From Pseudomonadota bacterium (GTDB lineage Bacteria; Bdellovibrionota; Bdellovibrionia; Bdellovibrionales; Bdellovibrionaceae): 64,000 nucleotides of DNA. The position numbers were made by a program, and so were the translations under genes. Below, piece after piece: positions 48,447 to 58,668 of this stretch. A model generated the notes under the pieces. That model was not told where the DNA came from, ran no database searches, and worked only from the letters and a program-made list of their open reading frames with translations. Positions within the stretch are counted from its first letter, which is position 1; the number at the start of each line of letters is the position of its first letter. The stretch lies in assembly GCA_041178425.1 (NCBI GenBank), contig JBEGVH010000030.1:160001-224000 (forward strand), written 5' to 3'.

Positions 48447-49028
48447 ATGAACAGGCTTCGCATGGTTTCTTACTACTTGGTTTCGCTCATGATGATGTTT
48501 TCACTTTGCGCTGGCGCACAGTCCATGCCTCCCGATCGTCGCAATCCAAATCACCCACCACCACCTCCCGACCATGGAAGACCTGGCATCTTGCGGATGG
48601 ATCACGTTTGTCGAAGCAGTGGTTATCGCTTCAGGCAGTGCCCTATCCCCCCAGGGAATCAGATTATTGAGGTGCGACTGATCCAAGCCATGAACCATTC
48701 GGATTGCCGTTCACCTGGTTACAACTGGGGTTTCACGAATGATGCCGTTTGGGTCGATCATGGTTGCCAAGGTTATTTCGAGGTGTTTTATCGCCCTTTC
48801 AGTCATCGCGATCCTCGGCGCTGGGAAAAAGTAGAAGATGTTTTCTGTCGAAGTTCAGGGTACCGATATCGGTCCTGTGTACCAACCAGGCTCACAGAAA
48901 TTCACCATGTGGAGTTTCTGAGTGCTGAAAACAATTCTGATTGTCGCGAAGGCAACTGGGGTTTTGAACGATTTTATGTTTGGGTGGATCGTGGCTGCCA
49001 AGCTGTTTTGCGAATTTACGGACGCTAA
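48447..49028 (+). CDS. Secreted protein with two DUF3011-like Cys-rich repeats
   Basis: Two copies of CRSSGYR.R.C...SDCR...NWGF....VWVD.GCQ. Confidence 0.8.
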   Translation: MNRLRMVSYYLVSLMMMFSLCAGAQSMPPDRRNPNHPPPPPDHGRPGILRMDHVCRSSGYRFRQCPIPPGNQIIEVRLIQAMNHSDCRSPGYNWGFTNDAVWVDHGCQGYFEVFYRPFSHRDPRRWEKVEDVFCRSSGYRYRSCVPTRLTEIHHVEFLSAENNSDCREGNWGFERFYVWVDRGCQAVLRIYGR

Positions 49029-49711
49029 AGATTCCAAGCAAAAGCTTTTAGTACCAACGGTACTTCGAGCGATTCAATCTCTTTAACTTTTGAAAGATCC
49101 AGTTGAATCGCTCTAAGGCCGATAGCTTGATCCGCTAAACTTTGTGGCGGTAAAAGTAGGTTGGCGGGCAAAGTTTTGGTCGAACCATAAAGGGCGTCGC
49201 CAATTATTGGAAAACCCCGCATCGCTAATTGTACGCGAAGCTGATGAGAGCGGCCCGTTTTTGGCTCTAAACTCCAGAGAAGAAACCGACAGTCGCCTTG
49301 GGCGACAGCATCGGTCACCAATGTTTCTGCATTTTGTCCGTGAGCCGCCTCAAAGGAACGTTTTTTACCCCTGAACAAGCTGTTCTTCAATACAGTATGG
49401 CGAAAAGACTCAAAGCTTTTCTCAAAGATGGTCAGAGCCTGATAGGTTTTCTGAATGGTATGCATTTCAAAACCCCGACTCAAAATCTTTTGCGCCTTCG
49501 GAGTTTTGGCAAAAATGAGTAGGCCTGAGGTTTCCTCATCGAGCCGATGAACGGGAAATATTGGTTTTCCTACATAATCCTGCAAAAGCATACCCACCAC
49601 CTGGCGTGAATCAGAAAGACCCATTCGACTGGGCACACTCAAAAAACCAGATGGTTTATCGATGACGATAATTTGATTATTTTCAAAAAGTATATTGCCT
49701 AAAAGTACCAT
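49025..49711 (-). CDS. RluA-family pseudouridine synthase
   Basis: IDKPSG, VHRLDEETSGL, TGRSHQLRVQL, PIIGDALYG. Confidence 0.92.
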   Translation of the reverse strand: MVLLGNILFENNQIIVIDKPSGFLSVPSRMGLSDSRQVVGMLLQDYVGKPIFPVHRLDEETSGLLIFAKTPKAQKILSRGFEMHTIQKTYQALTIFEKSFESFRHTVLKNSLFRGKKRSFEAAHGQNAETLVTDAVAQGDCRFLLWSLEPKTGRSHQLRVQLAMRGFPIIGDALYGSTKTLPANLLLPPQSLADQAIGLRAIQLDLSKVKEIESLEVPLVLKAFAWNL

Positions 49712-49751
49712 GCTAGGGCGATAGCGGATCGCCCGCAATTTCGCAAATCAT

Positions 49752-50075
49752 TTATTGATTTCCGTCTTCACCCTGGCCGCCATCGGCTGATTTTGTTTTA
49801 CCGGCGCCACGACCACAAAGCTCTTTATTAAAGATATTACTACCAAGGTTGCAATTGTCGTCATTCCGACCACTGCTACTCAAAGAAAACTTATCGCAAG
49901 AAGCATCTTTACAAGGACCCATCTCTCCGCTCAGTTTTTCACCGCGGGGAGAGGTGTGAGCCGTCTCCTCTTGCTTTTTATTGGCAGGGTCTTCAGCCTT
50001 AGAAAGGCTCTTGTCTTGTGCCAAAACCGAATCAAAACTAAACAGAAACATCGCTAAAAAGAGAGTTTTTTTCAT
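49752..50075 (-). CDS. Small secreted protein; positional ortholog of Bdellovibrio Bd0108 (hit)
   Basis: Signal peptide; 107 aa, disorder-prone; directly downstream of the YD-repeat gene at the end of the Tad locus; AGGAG SD. Confidence 0.7.
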   Translation of the reverse strand: MKKTLFLAMFLFSFDSVLAQDKSLSKAEDPANKKQEETAHTSPRGEKLSGEMGPCKDASCDKFSLSSSGRNDDNCNLGSNIFNKELCGRGAGKTKSADGGQGEDGNQ

Positions 50076-50090
50076 GTTTGTTGCGCTCCT

Positions 50091-51740
50091 CTAGTTAAAG
50101 ACTTCGGCCGTTGCCGGAGCAATAATATCTAGTAAATTATTAAAAGTACTGGCTACTTGAACTGCCACTTGAGGTCCATCCGGACTCTCTGCTTTATCTA
50201 TTTCGCCGTTCGACTTGTAACTGATCTTAATCATTCCCAGTTGGGGCCTGGTGACCACGGCAGGCTTACCAAACTTATCATCATAACTAATCTTTACCAG
50301 CTTTTTCGCTTGGTCTTCAATGGTAGCAATGCGCCCTTTTTGATCGTAGGTCAGATTAATTTTTTGTCCGTCTGAATTTTGTGCAAAATTCAGATTACCC
50401 TTGGAATCATATTTGAATTGCGAAATACGTTCGCCGGTTTTTTTTCCTTTTTCATCGGTAAAAGTAGTGCGAACGGCACTCACTTTTTGATTTTTATTAT
50501 CGTAGTCATAAACGAGGCGGGTAAACTGTGTACTCTTCACCTTCAACTGACCATTAGGATAATAATCGAAGTTGAGCTTTTCGAAGCCTCGCTTGATCAT
50601 GATCGGCTTCCCAAATTGTTCGTGGTAAACAATTTCATTAGAAATATCATTGGCCACGGTGACTGTTCGCGAAAGGTATGTGACACCGTCTTTTCGAACT
50701 TTATGAAAAAATTCGAATTTCGTATTATTCACAATGTCTTTGCCACACTTTTTCTCCACGACAGACCAGTAATGATTTTTTGGATCTTCTTTCGACGACT
50801 CATACGAGTAGGACTCTAAACAGTTTTGACGATCTTTATAACTAAGAACCCAATCCTTGTTTCTTTCGTAAGTCAGCTGAATAGTCGATTTGTCAGGCCA
50901 AGTGGCTTTGGTGAGATTATGAAGTTCGTCGTACTCATACGAATAAACGTTACCCCAGGCATTGTTCACCCATACAAGATGATCCAGTTTTTCAAACTTA
51001 TAATCCACAGTAATTCCACTGGGGCCTGAGATCGTCGTTAACCTTTTATTGTTATTGTATTTAAGAGAAAGTCTTCGGCCATTATTATCGTTTATCTCCT
51101 TCAGAAGCGAGCCATCGTAGGCAAACTTCAAAAAGTTTCCATTTTTATCGTACACGGCAATAAGGCGTCCTTTTAAATCAAAACGCTGATAGCTTCCATC
51201 AACCAACTGTCGAGTATAGTACTCTTTACCGAGTGCTATGCTCTCAACCTCTTTACCATTCGCAAAATAAAGAGCTCCTTCTTTAACAGATGCATTCAAA
51301 TCGTAATCGAGCGCCATGCGAATTCTCAGTCGAGAATCCTGCATTAGGTTTTTTTTAAGGTTTGCCAGGTAGTCGCTCGATCTTTTTCCCTCGGCTTTGA
51401 CTTTTTGAATGATGGCCTGAACAAGTTTTTCAACGTCTTTTTGGCCATAATCTTTACTGGTGTAGGTCGTTTCGAGTCCAGCACCGCACTCAAATACTTT
51501 GATCGTGTTGTCGGGGCTAACGATCAGTTTTGTTTCAAACTCTGAACACCATCCAAAACCAAAGATCCCATTAAATAAAGACCGACTATTATAAGTTCTT
51601 TGAATTTTCATCTCATAGCCAGCACCAGGCACAATGAGATCGGTCCACGAGGTTGAAAAATTCGCATTTTTCATATCTATGATTGCGTGCGCGGAAAGAC
51701 TAAAAAATGCAAACACCCAAACGCCTGAAATCCATTTCAT
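50091..51740 (-). CDS. Secreted RHS/YD-repeat protein (Bd0109-like), no toxin domain
   Basis: RTYNSR...GIFGFGWC N-terminal motif; many YD/YEYD repeats; signal peptide. Confidence 0.88.
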   Translation of the reverse strand: MKWISGVWVFAFFSLSAHAIIDMKNANFSTSWTDLIVPGAGYEMKIQRTYNSRSLFNGIFGFGWCSEFETKLIVSPDNTIKVFECGAGLETTYTSKDYGQKDVEKLVQAIIQKVKAEGKRSSDYLANLKKNLMQDSRLRIRMALDYDLNASVKEGALYFANGKEVESIALGKEYYTRQLVDGSYQRFDLKGRLIAVYDKNGNFLKFAYDGSLLKEINDNNGRRLSLKYNNNKRLTTISGPSGITVDYKFEKLDHLVWVNNAWGNVYSYEYDELHNLTKATWPDKSTIQLTYERNKDWVLSYKDRQNCLESYSYESSKEDPKNHYWSVVEKKCGKDIVNNTKFEFFHKVRKDGVTYLSRTVTVANDISNEIVYHEQFGKPIMIKRGFEKLNFDYYPNGQLKVKSTQFTRLVYDYDNKNQKVSAVRTTFTDEKGKKTGERISQFKYDSKGNLNFAQNSDGQKINLTYDQKGRIATIEDQAKKLVKISYDDKFGKPAVVTRPQLGMIKISYKSNGEIDKAESPDGPQVAVQVASTFNNLLDIIAPATAEVFN

Positions 51741-51804
51741 GACAGTTCTCCCAATACTGAACTCGAGCTTGACTTAAGTCTAGTCCACTCTCGCGGACAC
51801 ATAA

Positions 51805-52698
51805 TTACACTTTGATGGTAACAATGGATCGAATCATTAATCCACCAATAACTTGCAGGGTTAACATCAGAAATAAAAGCGCAATCCCCTTGGGATTGGT
51901 AAAGAGGGGCTTGATATAATTAGGATCTAAAAAGGCAAAGCCAATAAGAATTAAAAACGGCACCCCAGTGATAATCAATCCTTGCATCATCCCTTGAGTC
52001 GTCATGGCTTGAATCTTTTTTTCAACCTTTTGGCGTTCACGAATCGTCGTCACAATCGTTTCGAATGTTTCTCCCATGTTTCCGCCCGTCTCCTTGAGAA
52101 TATTAATTGCGGTCACAAACATTTGAACATCAGGCCTAGGAATACGAAACGAAAGTTCTGTAAGCGCCTCTTCAACACTGCGACCAATGCGAATTTGAGA
52201 TAAAACAAGGCTAAACTCTTGCGCTATGGGTTCCCCGAGATTATCGACCACTCTTTCCATAGCTTGTGTGATACTCAGTCCGGCTTTGATACCATTTGCC
52301 ATGATAGTTAAACCGTCTACCATTTGGTCTACAAAAAGACCTGCACGTTTCTCTTGCTGCTGTTTCACATAGAGCAGTGGAATATTCCAACCTAAAACGC
52401 CAATAATCACAGCCATCACCAAACCAATCAAGACGTTTGGCCAGAGCAGGAGCAAGGCAACAAATCCCAATCCGAAACTCAGCAAATAGATTAGAATCGT
52501 AATTTTTTGTTTATCTATTTCAACAAACATGGCATCGAGACGACGAAACATTTCGTCTCTCTGACCAATACTTTTTTGAGTAAGCCAATTCGTAATTTTA
52601 GATTCCCATTGATAAATAACAACCGCGGCTAATATGCCTACCAGGGGAATGATAATCCAACTGCTCAAAAGTAACTTCTTCATAAAGATTGGCCTCAA
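51805..52698 (-). CDS. tadB: TadB (T2SS F-family) inner-membrane protein
   Basis: FVDQMVDGL...GIKAGLS, ETGGNMGE, IRERQKVEKKIQAMTTQG. An alternative ATG lies at 52683. Confidence 0.9.
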   Translation of the reverse strand: MRPIFMKKLLLSSWIIIPLVGILAAVVIYQWESKITNWLTQKSIGQRDEMFRRLDAMFVEIDKQKITILIYLLSFGLGFVALLLLWPNVLIGLVMAVIIGVLGWNIPLLYVKQQQEKRAGLFVDQMVDGLTIMANGIKAGLSITQAMERVVDNLGEPIAQEFSLVLSQIRIGRSVEEALTELSFRIPRPDVQMFVTAINILKETGGNMGETFETIVTTIRERQKVEKKIQAMTTQGMMQGLIITGVPFLILIGFAFLDPNYIKPLFTNPKGIALLFLMLTLQVIGGLMIRSIVTIKV

Positions 52699-54923
52699 CT
52701 CCCTGATTTTTTAACAGCTCCAGGAGGTGCCGGAACGGGCGGACGCTTGGCCCCTCCCGCCCCAGAGGAGCTTTGGTTGTTAGAAGGAATGCCTTGCGAG
52801 ACAACCTTAGGATCGTTCGAAAAAATATCTCGTGGAATCACGACGCCTTTGGCTTCGAGTTTTTCAATAAAGGTCGGAATGTGGCCGAGAGCCTGAAAGA
52901 TTCCCTGGATGCGTCGGTTTTTATCATAACCAGTTTCTTTGAACCGAAAAATTTCTGCCAAGGTAACAACCTCACCCTGCATTCCAACCACTTCTGTGAT
53001 AGAGAGAATTCGCCTCGATCCATCAGAGAGCCGAGAGATCTGAACAATCAAATTAACCGCACTTGCCACCTGCTCTCGAATGGCTCGAACCGGAAGATCC
53101 ATTCCGGCCATCATGCAGAGCGTTTCAAGACGAGCAATGCACTCTCTAGGGCTATTCGCATGTGTCGTTGTCATTGATCCATCATGGCCGGTGTTCATGG
53201 CCTGCAACATATCTAAAGCTGCCCCGTCTCGGCACTCACCCACCACGATTCGATCGGGTCGCATACGCAGAGCATTTTTGATAAGATCACGAATATGAAC
53301 AGCGCCTGAACCTTCCATATTAGCGGGTCGGGTTTCAAGGCGTACGACGTGCTCCTGTTGCATTTGCAATTCAGCAGCGTCTTCGACGGTCACGATTCTC
53401 TCATTAGACGGAATAAAGCCAGAGATCATGTTAAGAAGTGACGTTTTACCAGAACCAGTTCCACCGCTGATAACGACGTTGAGTCCGTTCTCGACACAAA
53501 TTTTTAAAAAGTCGATCATGGGCTTTGTTAAGCTTCCGAACTCGATGTATTTCTCAGGGGTAATACCACCCTTTTTGAATTTACGAATTGTGAGGGCCGG
53601 ACCATCAATCGAAAGGGGCTCAATAATCGCGTTGACCCGGCTTCCGTCTTTTAGCCGCGCATCCACATAAGGAGTTTTTTCATCGATTCGACGCCCAAGA
53701 GGAGTAACAATTCGTTCAATCACGTTGCGCAAGTGCAAATTCGACGTAAAGGTCACGGGAGTGAGCTGAACTTTTCCGCTTCTTTCAATAAAGATACGCC
53801 GATGACCATTCACCATAATTTCAGTGACCGTTTGATCGGCAAGAAGATCCTCAAGAGGGCCTAGGCCCAAGGCTTCATCAAGAACTTCTTTGATAATTTT
53901 CGATCTCTCATCTCTGGCCGTGTTGGGCGCCTCGCGATCCACAATCACAGTAATGGATTGAAGCGTTTTTTGCTGAAGAGCTTTTTCTTTGGCAGGGTCA
54001 CCTTGAGTGTCGGTGATCCCTTTTTTTAAGTCCATGGCTTTTATCAGCTCTGAATGAGTCTTAAGCTTTAATACGGTTCGAGGATCAAGCTTTTCACGAT
54101 AATCAGATTCTCCTGACGAAGGCGCCGATACTGCCGCGGCATTGCCTTTTGGGCGTGCCATTTGCTTGAGCCGCTGAAGGATTCCTCCTGTCAACTTTCT
54201 TACTAACTCGTGATGTGCCGCCGAAACAGGGGCTTGATTTGAAGTAAACACAAACGGCGCCGAGCGCTGAAGACTATTATTAACCGTGATATCATCGATA
54301 GGAACCGTGCCCAGAACAGGTAGTCTTAATGTTTGCGAAATCGCCTGCGGATTCAATCCGGTTGCGCCCACTTTATTCACCACCAATTGCATTAGATCGA
54401 GGGGAACTGTATTCGACAGCAACTCATTCACGAGTCTTTGGGTGTGGCTCACCACAAGGACGTCGGGTGCAGTGATGACCATCAGGGCACTCGCCTCCAT
54501 AATGAGGCTTAATTGCAGAGGTCCTATATCATGGCCTATATCGACAATGATGAACTTAAAAAGTCGGCTAAAATTCTCAAGTTGTTTGACCATTAATTCT
54601 GGGTCAACCATGAGCGACTCTTCGGGCCCTCTCACGGCAGCCACATAGTACAGACCGCTCGCATGAGGAAGGGCCACCTGACCAATCGATTGAGCACTAA
54701 TGGGCTGACTGAACGTTGAAACTTCGCTGAGGTTTTTGCTAGGTCTCAAGCCGAGAATTAAATTCTGATCACCACAGCTTTTGGCATCAGCATCGATGAG
54801 CAAAACTTGCTGGCGCAGCTCTAACTGAAAGGCCACAGCTAAATTGGCAGCGAGAACACTCTTTCCCACTCCGCCTTTTCCGCCGGTCACACAAATCAGA
54901 TGACATTGTGGATTGATGGCCAC
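52695..54923 (-). CDS. tadA: Fused TadZ/CpaE (MinD-like) - TadA/CpaF ATPase
   Basis: N-terminal GGKGGVGKS (deviant Walker A); C-terminal GGTGSGKT, LRMRPDRIVVGECR, AMNTGHDG. GTG start at 54923 after GAGGAG. Confidence 0.93.
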   Translation of the reverse strand: MAINPQCHLICVTGGKGGVGKSVLAANLAVAFQLELRQQVLLIDADAKSCGDQNLILGLRPSKNLSEVSTFSQPISAQSIGQVALPHASGLYYVAAVRGPEESLMVDPELMVKQLENFSRLFKFIIVDIGHDIGPLQLSLIMEASALMVITAPDVLVVSHTQRLVNELLSNTVPLDLMQLVVNKVGATGLNPQAISQTLRLPVLGTVPIDDITVNNSLQRSAPFVFTSNQAPVSAAHHELVRKLTGGILQRLKQMARPKGNAAAVSAPSSGESDYREKLDPRTVLKLKTHSELIKAMDLKKGITDTQGDPAKEKALQQKTLQSITVIVDREAPNTARDERSKIIKEVLDEALGLGPLEDLLADQTVTEIMVNGHRRIFIERSGKVQLTPVTFTSNLHLRNVIERIVTPLGRRIDEKTPYVDARLKDGSRVNAIIEPLSIDGPALTIRKFKKGGITPEKYIEFGSLTKPMIDFLKICVENGLNVVISGGTGSGKTSLLNMISGFIPSNERIVTVEDAAELQMQQEHVVRLETRPANMEGSGAVHIRDLIKNALRMRPDRIVVGECRDGAALDMLQAMNTGHDGSMTTTHANSPRECIARLETLCMMAGMDLPVRAIREQVASAVNLIVQISRLSDGSRRILSITEVVGMQGEVVTLAEIFRFKETGYDKNRRIQGIFQALGHIPTFIEKLEAKGVVIPRDIFSNDPKVVSQGIPSNNQSSSGAGGAKRPPVPAPPGAVKKSGS

Positions 54924-55054
54924 AAACACTCCTCGGTTTTGAACAATTCCATATTCTATTATGCAAGATGATACTCAGTGGGCCCAACAACTTTATTGCC
55001 AGACTAGCCAATCAAGGAGTCTAGCTCCTAGGGCTTTTGACAGGGCTCTAAAGT

Positions 55055-56647
55055 TTAATCTCTTAGATGAAACTTTCTTTTAATTTTCTCAACGCCAGCG
55101 CTAGCACTGCTCTTAATGATGGGGGTTACAAAGACAACAAACTGAGTTTGCTTTCTTTGAAAGCCCTTCGAAGAATAGAGAGAAATTAACGGGTTCTTAC
55201 TAACGTCGGGTGGCAACCGATTATAGTCGGTGTAGTTTGAGTTACGAATTAAACCGCCCACCGCTGCGCTCTGACCACTGCGAACCGTGATGATGGTTCT
55301 CATGGTGTTCTCGGTAGTCATGGGGCCCGCATCGGTCACACCAACAAGTTGGCTAATAGCAAACCCTAAATCAAGGCGAATACTATCCGAATTATTCGCA
55401 ATTATTGCCGGCGTAATTTGCGTATTTATGCCCACAGGCTGAAACTGAGTGCCCGCCTGACCTGTGGCATTGACTACGGAATACGGAACATTCGAAACCG
55501 ATTTCATTTCGCCTTTTTGATTATTTTCTACAATGAGAGTTGAGCTTTCTAAAATTCGTGCAAAATTGTGACCTTTCAACCAGTTCAGTTTAGGAAACAG
55601 GTTTGAAATAATTCCTGTGACCTGACTAAATACCCCAGGAGAACCCCCTTTGGCTCCCTCACCAAAACCAACGGCCGAACCATCTTTGAGATCGGGCATC
55701 CATTGAAAGCGGAACATGCGATTGTAGTCTTTATTGAGTTCAACATAATGAACCACCAGCTGAATAAGTTTTTCTGGACCTCGAGGTGCTGGAGGGCGCA
55801 CCTGTAACATGTCGATGACAATCTCTTCATTTTTGCCTGCACGTCGCTTTAAAAAATCACCCTCGGCTTTATCGAGAACAATTTCGGGCAAATAAATTTT
55901 GGCAATCTTTCTCGCTCTTTCTTTTTCATCTTCGCTGTCGACCACTCCCTCGAGGAGGAACTTATCGTTGATGGCGCGAACACTCACTTCGGGGTTATTG
56001 ATCTCACGCTCAATGATTTCGGCAATTTTCTTTTGCGCCAGTGGGCTGAGCGAAACCAGCGAAACGGCTTGATCTTTGTATTGCAAAATCGCATTTCCAA
56101 TACGACTCATATCGCGAGGAAGCAGAATTTGGCCATCAACAACCACTTTGTTGTTGATGATTTTTATTTCAATTCCTTCTATCTCACCAACCAGTGAGCG
56201 AATCTCTCGCGCGATTTTATCGAGGTCACTTCTTCGAATGTCTAATCGAAATTCATAAATCAGCTTTCCCTCTTTATTATGAATCGTGAGCGATCGGACG
56301 CCTTGCTCTTGGGGCGTGATACGAAGAACACCGCTTTCAGCATCATAAACCTGAGACGCAATTTTCTCGTAATCACCGAGAATTTTAAATCCTTCGGGTA
56401 ACTTGTCTAGCTTTTCTTCATGCTCGACACCTACGATAAGTGTTAAAAAGCGTCGGTTGCGCGACTCATATTCTTCGTCGTCTTCGTTTTTCTTGGCGGC
56501 ATCAATGGCTTTTTTGGGCGGATCTTGAAGGTCTTTGGGTTTTTCGATGGCTGTTGGCACTTTTGCCGCTTGCGCAAAAACTTCAGGAGAACTCAACAGC
56601 AAGTTCATACCCACAACGAGGTAAATAATGCCTATTTGTAATTTCAT
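55055..56647 (-). CDS. rcpA: RcpA/CpaC secretin with BON-like periplasmic region
   Basis: ARILESSTLIV, GQSAAVGGLI, QFVVFVTP; Tad context. Confidence 0.85.
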   Translation of the reverse strand: MKLQIGIIYLVVGMNLLLSSPEVFAQAAKVPTAIEKPKDLQDPPKKAIDAAKKNEDDEEYESRNRRFLTLIVGVEHEEKLDKLPEGFKILGDYEKIASQVYDAESGVLRITPQEQGVRSLTIHNKEGKLIYEFRLDIRRSDLDKIAREIRSLVGEIEGIEIKIINNKVVVDGQILLPRDMSRIGNAILQYKDQAVSLVSLSPLAQKKIAEIIEREINNPEVSVRAINDKFLLEGVVDSEDEKERARKIAKIYLPEIVLDKAEGDFLKRRAGKNEEIVIDMLQVRPPAPRGPEKLIQLVVHYVELNKDYNRMFRFQWMPDLKDGSAVGFGEGAKGGSPGVFSQVTGIISNLFPKLNWLKGHNFARILESSTLIVENNQKGEMKSVSNVPYSVVNATGQAGTQFQPVGINTQITPAIIANNSDSIRLDLGFAISQLVGVTDAGPMTTENTMRTIITVRSGQSAAVGGLIRNSNYTDYNRLPPDVSKNPLISLYSSKGFQRKQTQFVVFVTPIIKSSASAGVEKIKRKFHLRD

Positions 56648-56674
56648 CGTTCCCCCTACGCCTACTCTTCTCAT

Positions 56675-57541
56675 TTACTGAGCTGGAACAGGCTTACCAT
56701 TCTGAAACTTTATCGTCGTATCCATATTACTAAAATTGGCAGTCGGTGCAGCCGCTGCTTGTACCCCTTGGGAGCCAGCAATTGAATCAACGCTCGAAGA
56801 CGGATACCGAACTTGTGCACGGTCGTTTGGATTACGAAGAACCATAAAAAGATTCCCTGGCTGAGTCGACGTTAGATAAACCAAATCTTGTGCTTGCTTG
56901 GGGTCAACCTCAAGAGTCACGGTGGTGTATTTAGTATCACCACTCAAGTTGTTCTGAATAATGTTTTTACCACTCGGATCGAGCTCGAGGGTTCTCGGTA
57001 TATTATTGACCACGTTAATTCCCGTCGCCAGAACGGGTACGTCTTGCATAAGATAAGTGACTTCACGACGAGCGGCAGCGCCTTTTCCAACATCGAGGGC
57101 TGCCACCAGATCGATTCGATCACCAGGACGCACTAGTTTTGCGATTCCCCGAACTTCATCCACTGGCACCGTTACGGCCCTCTTACCTGGAGACACCTGA
57201 AGTGCAATGCCTGTATCGGGTCCGGGTGTGAGAAGTTTGGTAGTCAGAATCTGTTCTCCTTTTTTAAGGGGCGCCGCCGCCACTTGCCCAACCACAGTGT
57301 CGAGATCAGAGGCCGAGGCAGGACCAATGTAATCTTCGGGAACCGCCCGAATGTCTAACATGGTGTCGTCAATAGTTTCCATCTCAGCGATGTCTCGTGA
57401 GGCCACAACCACTCTTTTCATGGCGCCGTATTTTTTATCGTACTCTTGTTGTTTTTCTTGAGAGTAACTATAAACAAGAAAAGAGGCGAACACACCGGCC
57501 GCCAAACTGATCCAAAGGGTTCTTGTTTCGTTGTTATTCAT
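56675..57541 (-). CDS. cpaB: Flp pilus assembly protein CpaB/RcpC
   Basis: SAF domain VVVASRDI; PGKRAVTVPVD..GIAKLVRPGDRIDL; LRNPND. Confidence 0.93.
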   Translation of the reverse strand: MNNNETRTLWISLAAGVFASFLVYSYSQEKQQEYDKKYGAMKRVVVASRDIAEMETIDDTMLDIRAVPEDYIGPASASDLDTVVGQVAAAPLKKGEQILTTKLLTPGPDTGIALQVSPGKRAVTVPVDEVRGIAKLVRPGDRIDLVAALDVGKGAAARREVTYLMQDVPVLATGINVVNNIPRTLELDPSGKNIIQNNLSGDTKYTTVTLEVDPKQAQDLVYLTSTQPGNLFMVLRNPNDRAQVRYPSSSVDSIAGSQGVQAAAAPTANFSNMDTTIKFQNGKPVPAQ

Positions 57542-57553
57542 GCTGTTGCTCCC

Positions 57554-58051
57554 TTAGTTTCCACACTTAAAATCGATGCAAATTCCATATTTTATCGCCA
57601 GCCACACAGGGCTCGCATTCACGTTCGTATTTTGAGATCCGTTTTTTATTTTGTTTTGTTCTGTTACTCTTTGTTGAAAGCTAGACTGTCCATCCTCGAG
57701 ATCATTCCCCGCTGGAAACATGATGCTTCGTCGGGCAACGAACCACTGCGGATCACCGGATGTTAAAAGATCGTTTTCATCTCTCACGCCATGAACCCGA
57801 ACACCTTTTTTATATTTACGTGTTTCGATGAAATTAGTCTCTCTTAACATGTCGAGACGAAAACGATGTCGAAAAGTTTCAAAGGTATAATTGCGAACGG
57901 CTATCGACTGCACCGTGGCACCGTGAATGACACCAAAGAAACCGTAGGTAAACCGGAGCAGTACCGAAACTACAATGATCACAGGAATGATCTCTAGAAT
58001 CGCAAGCCCTCTTTGATTGAAAGATAAACGACGACGCTTGAGGATCAACAT
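57554..58051 (-). CDS. TadE-like pseudopilin
   Basis: NQRG|LAILEIIPVII; C-terminal Cys pair. Confidence 0.8.
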   Translation of the reverse strand: MLILKRRRLSFNQRGLAILEIIPVIIVVSVLLRFTYGFFGVIHGATVQSIAVRNYTFETFRHRFRLDMLRETNFIETRKYKKGVRVHGVRDENDLLTSGDPQWFVARRSIMFPAGNDLEDGQSSFQQRVTEQNKIKNGSQNTNVNASPVWLAIKYGICIDFKCGN

Positions 58052-58668
58052 CCGCTATCCTCCATCGCCACATAGGCTTGTAAAAAATTGCCTTTATTGG
58101 CCTGACTGAATCGGCTATCGCGAGACAAAATCTCGTTGTATCGCTGCACTTGAAAAAATTCTCTGCACTCTTGATTCGATGGCTCTCTAAACATTAATCC
58201 GCTCACATTGGCATCGAAGTCACTCCCCGATTCCGAAAGACTTCCTAAAAAGGGAATAAAAGAGAGCCGTTTAAGAGTTATTTGAGTTCGTGCGCCCCAA
58301 GAGGGTAATCCAGCATCGCTGGTACCGTCAAATCCAGAAGCCGGCACATAAATGTTTTGATGATCTCCAATAGAGACTACTTTTTTAATGGTATTTTCAG
58401 GAATCAAAAAACCGGCGGCAATGTCTCTGTTGTTTAAGAGGGCTTTGTATTTTTTTTCACCGGCACTGATTTGATCCGCTTTGGTCACATCACCCGCACT
58501 CTGGGCCCTGGCCGCTGCGTACACCACATACTGAGCTAACTCGGCCGTTACAAAGGAAAGACTTACTTGCAATAGCAAAAGCATACAACCAATGGTGACA
58601 ACCATAGCGAGCATAAAGTCGATCGTTAAAAACCCGCCTTGAGAGGCGATGCCACACCTTTTTATCAT
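58045..58668 (-). CDS. TadE/F-like pseudopilin (Asp at position 5)
   Basis: SQGG|FLTIDFMLAM...YAAAR. Confidence 0.75.
   Translation of the reverse strand: MIKRCGIASQGGFLTIDFMLAMVVTIGCMLLLLQVSLSFVTAELAQYVVYAAARAQSAGDVTKADQISAGEKKYKALLNNRDIAAGFLIPENTIKKVVSIGDHQNIYVPASGFDGTSDAGLPSWGARTQITLKRLSFIPFLGSLSESGSDFDANVSGLMFREPSNQECREFFQVQRYNEILSRDSRFSQANKGNFLQAYVAMEDSGC

Noticed and set aside
50091..51740. RHS protein as a polymorphic toxin with 49752..50075 as immunity gene
   Set aside because: No DPxG core terminus or C-terminal toxin domain; both proteins have Sec signals and the context matches Bd0109/Bd0108.
54974..55002. Internal sigma54 promoter before tadA
   Set aside because: The best candidate here (TGGCAATAAAGTTGTT) lacks the invariant GC, so it cannot be supported.
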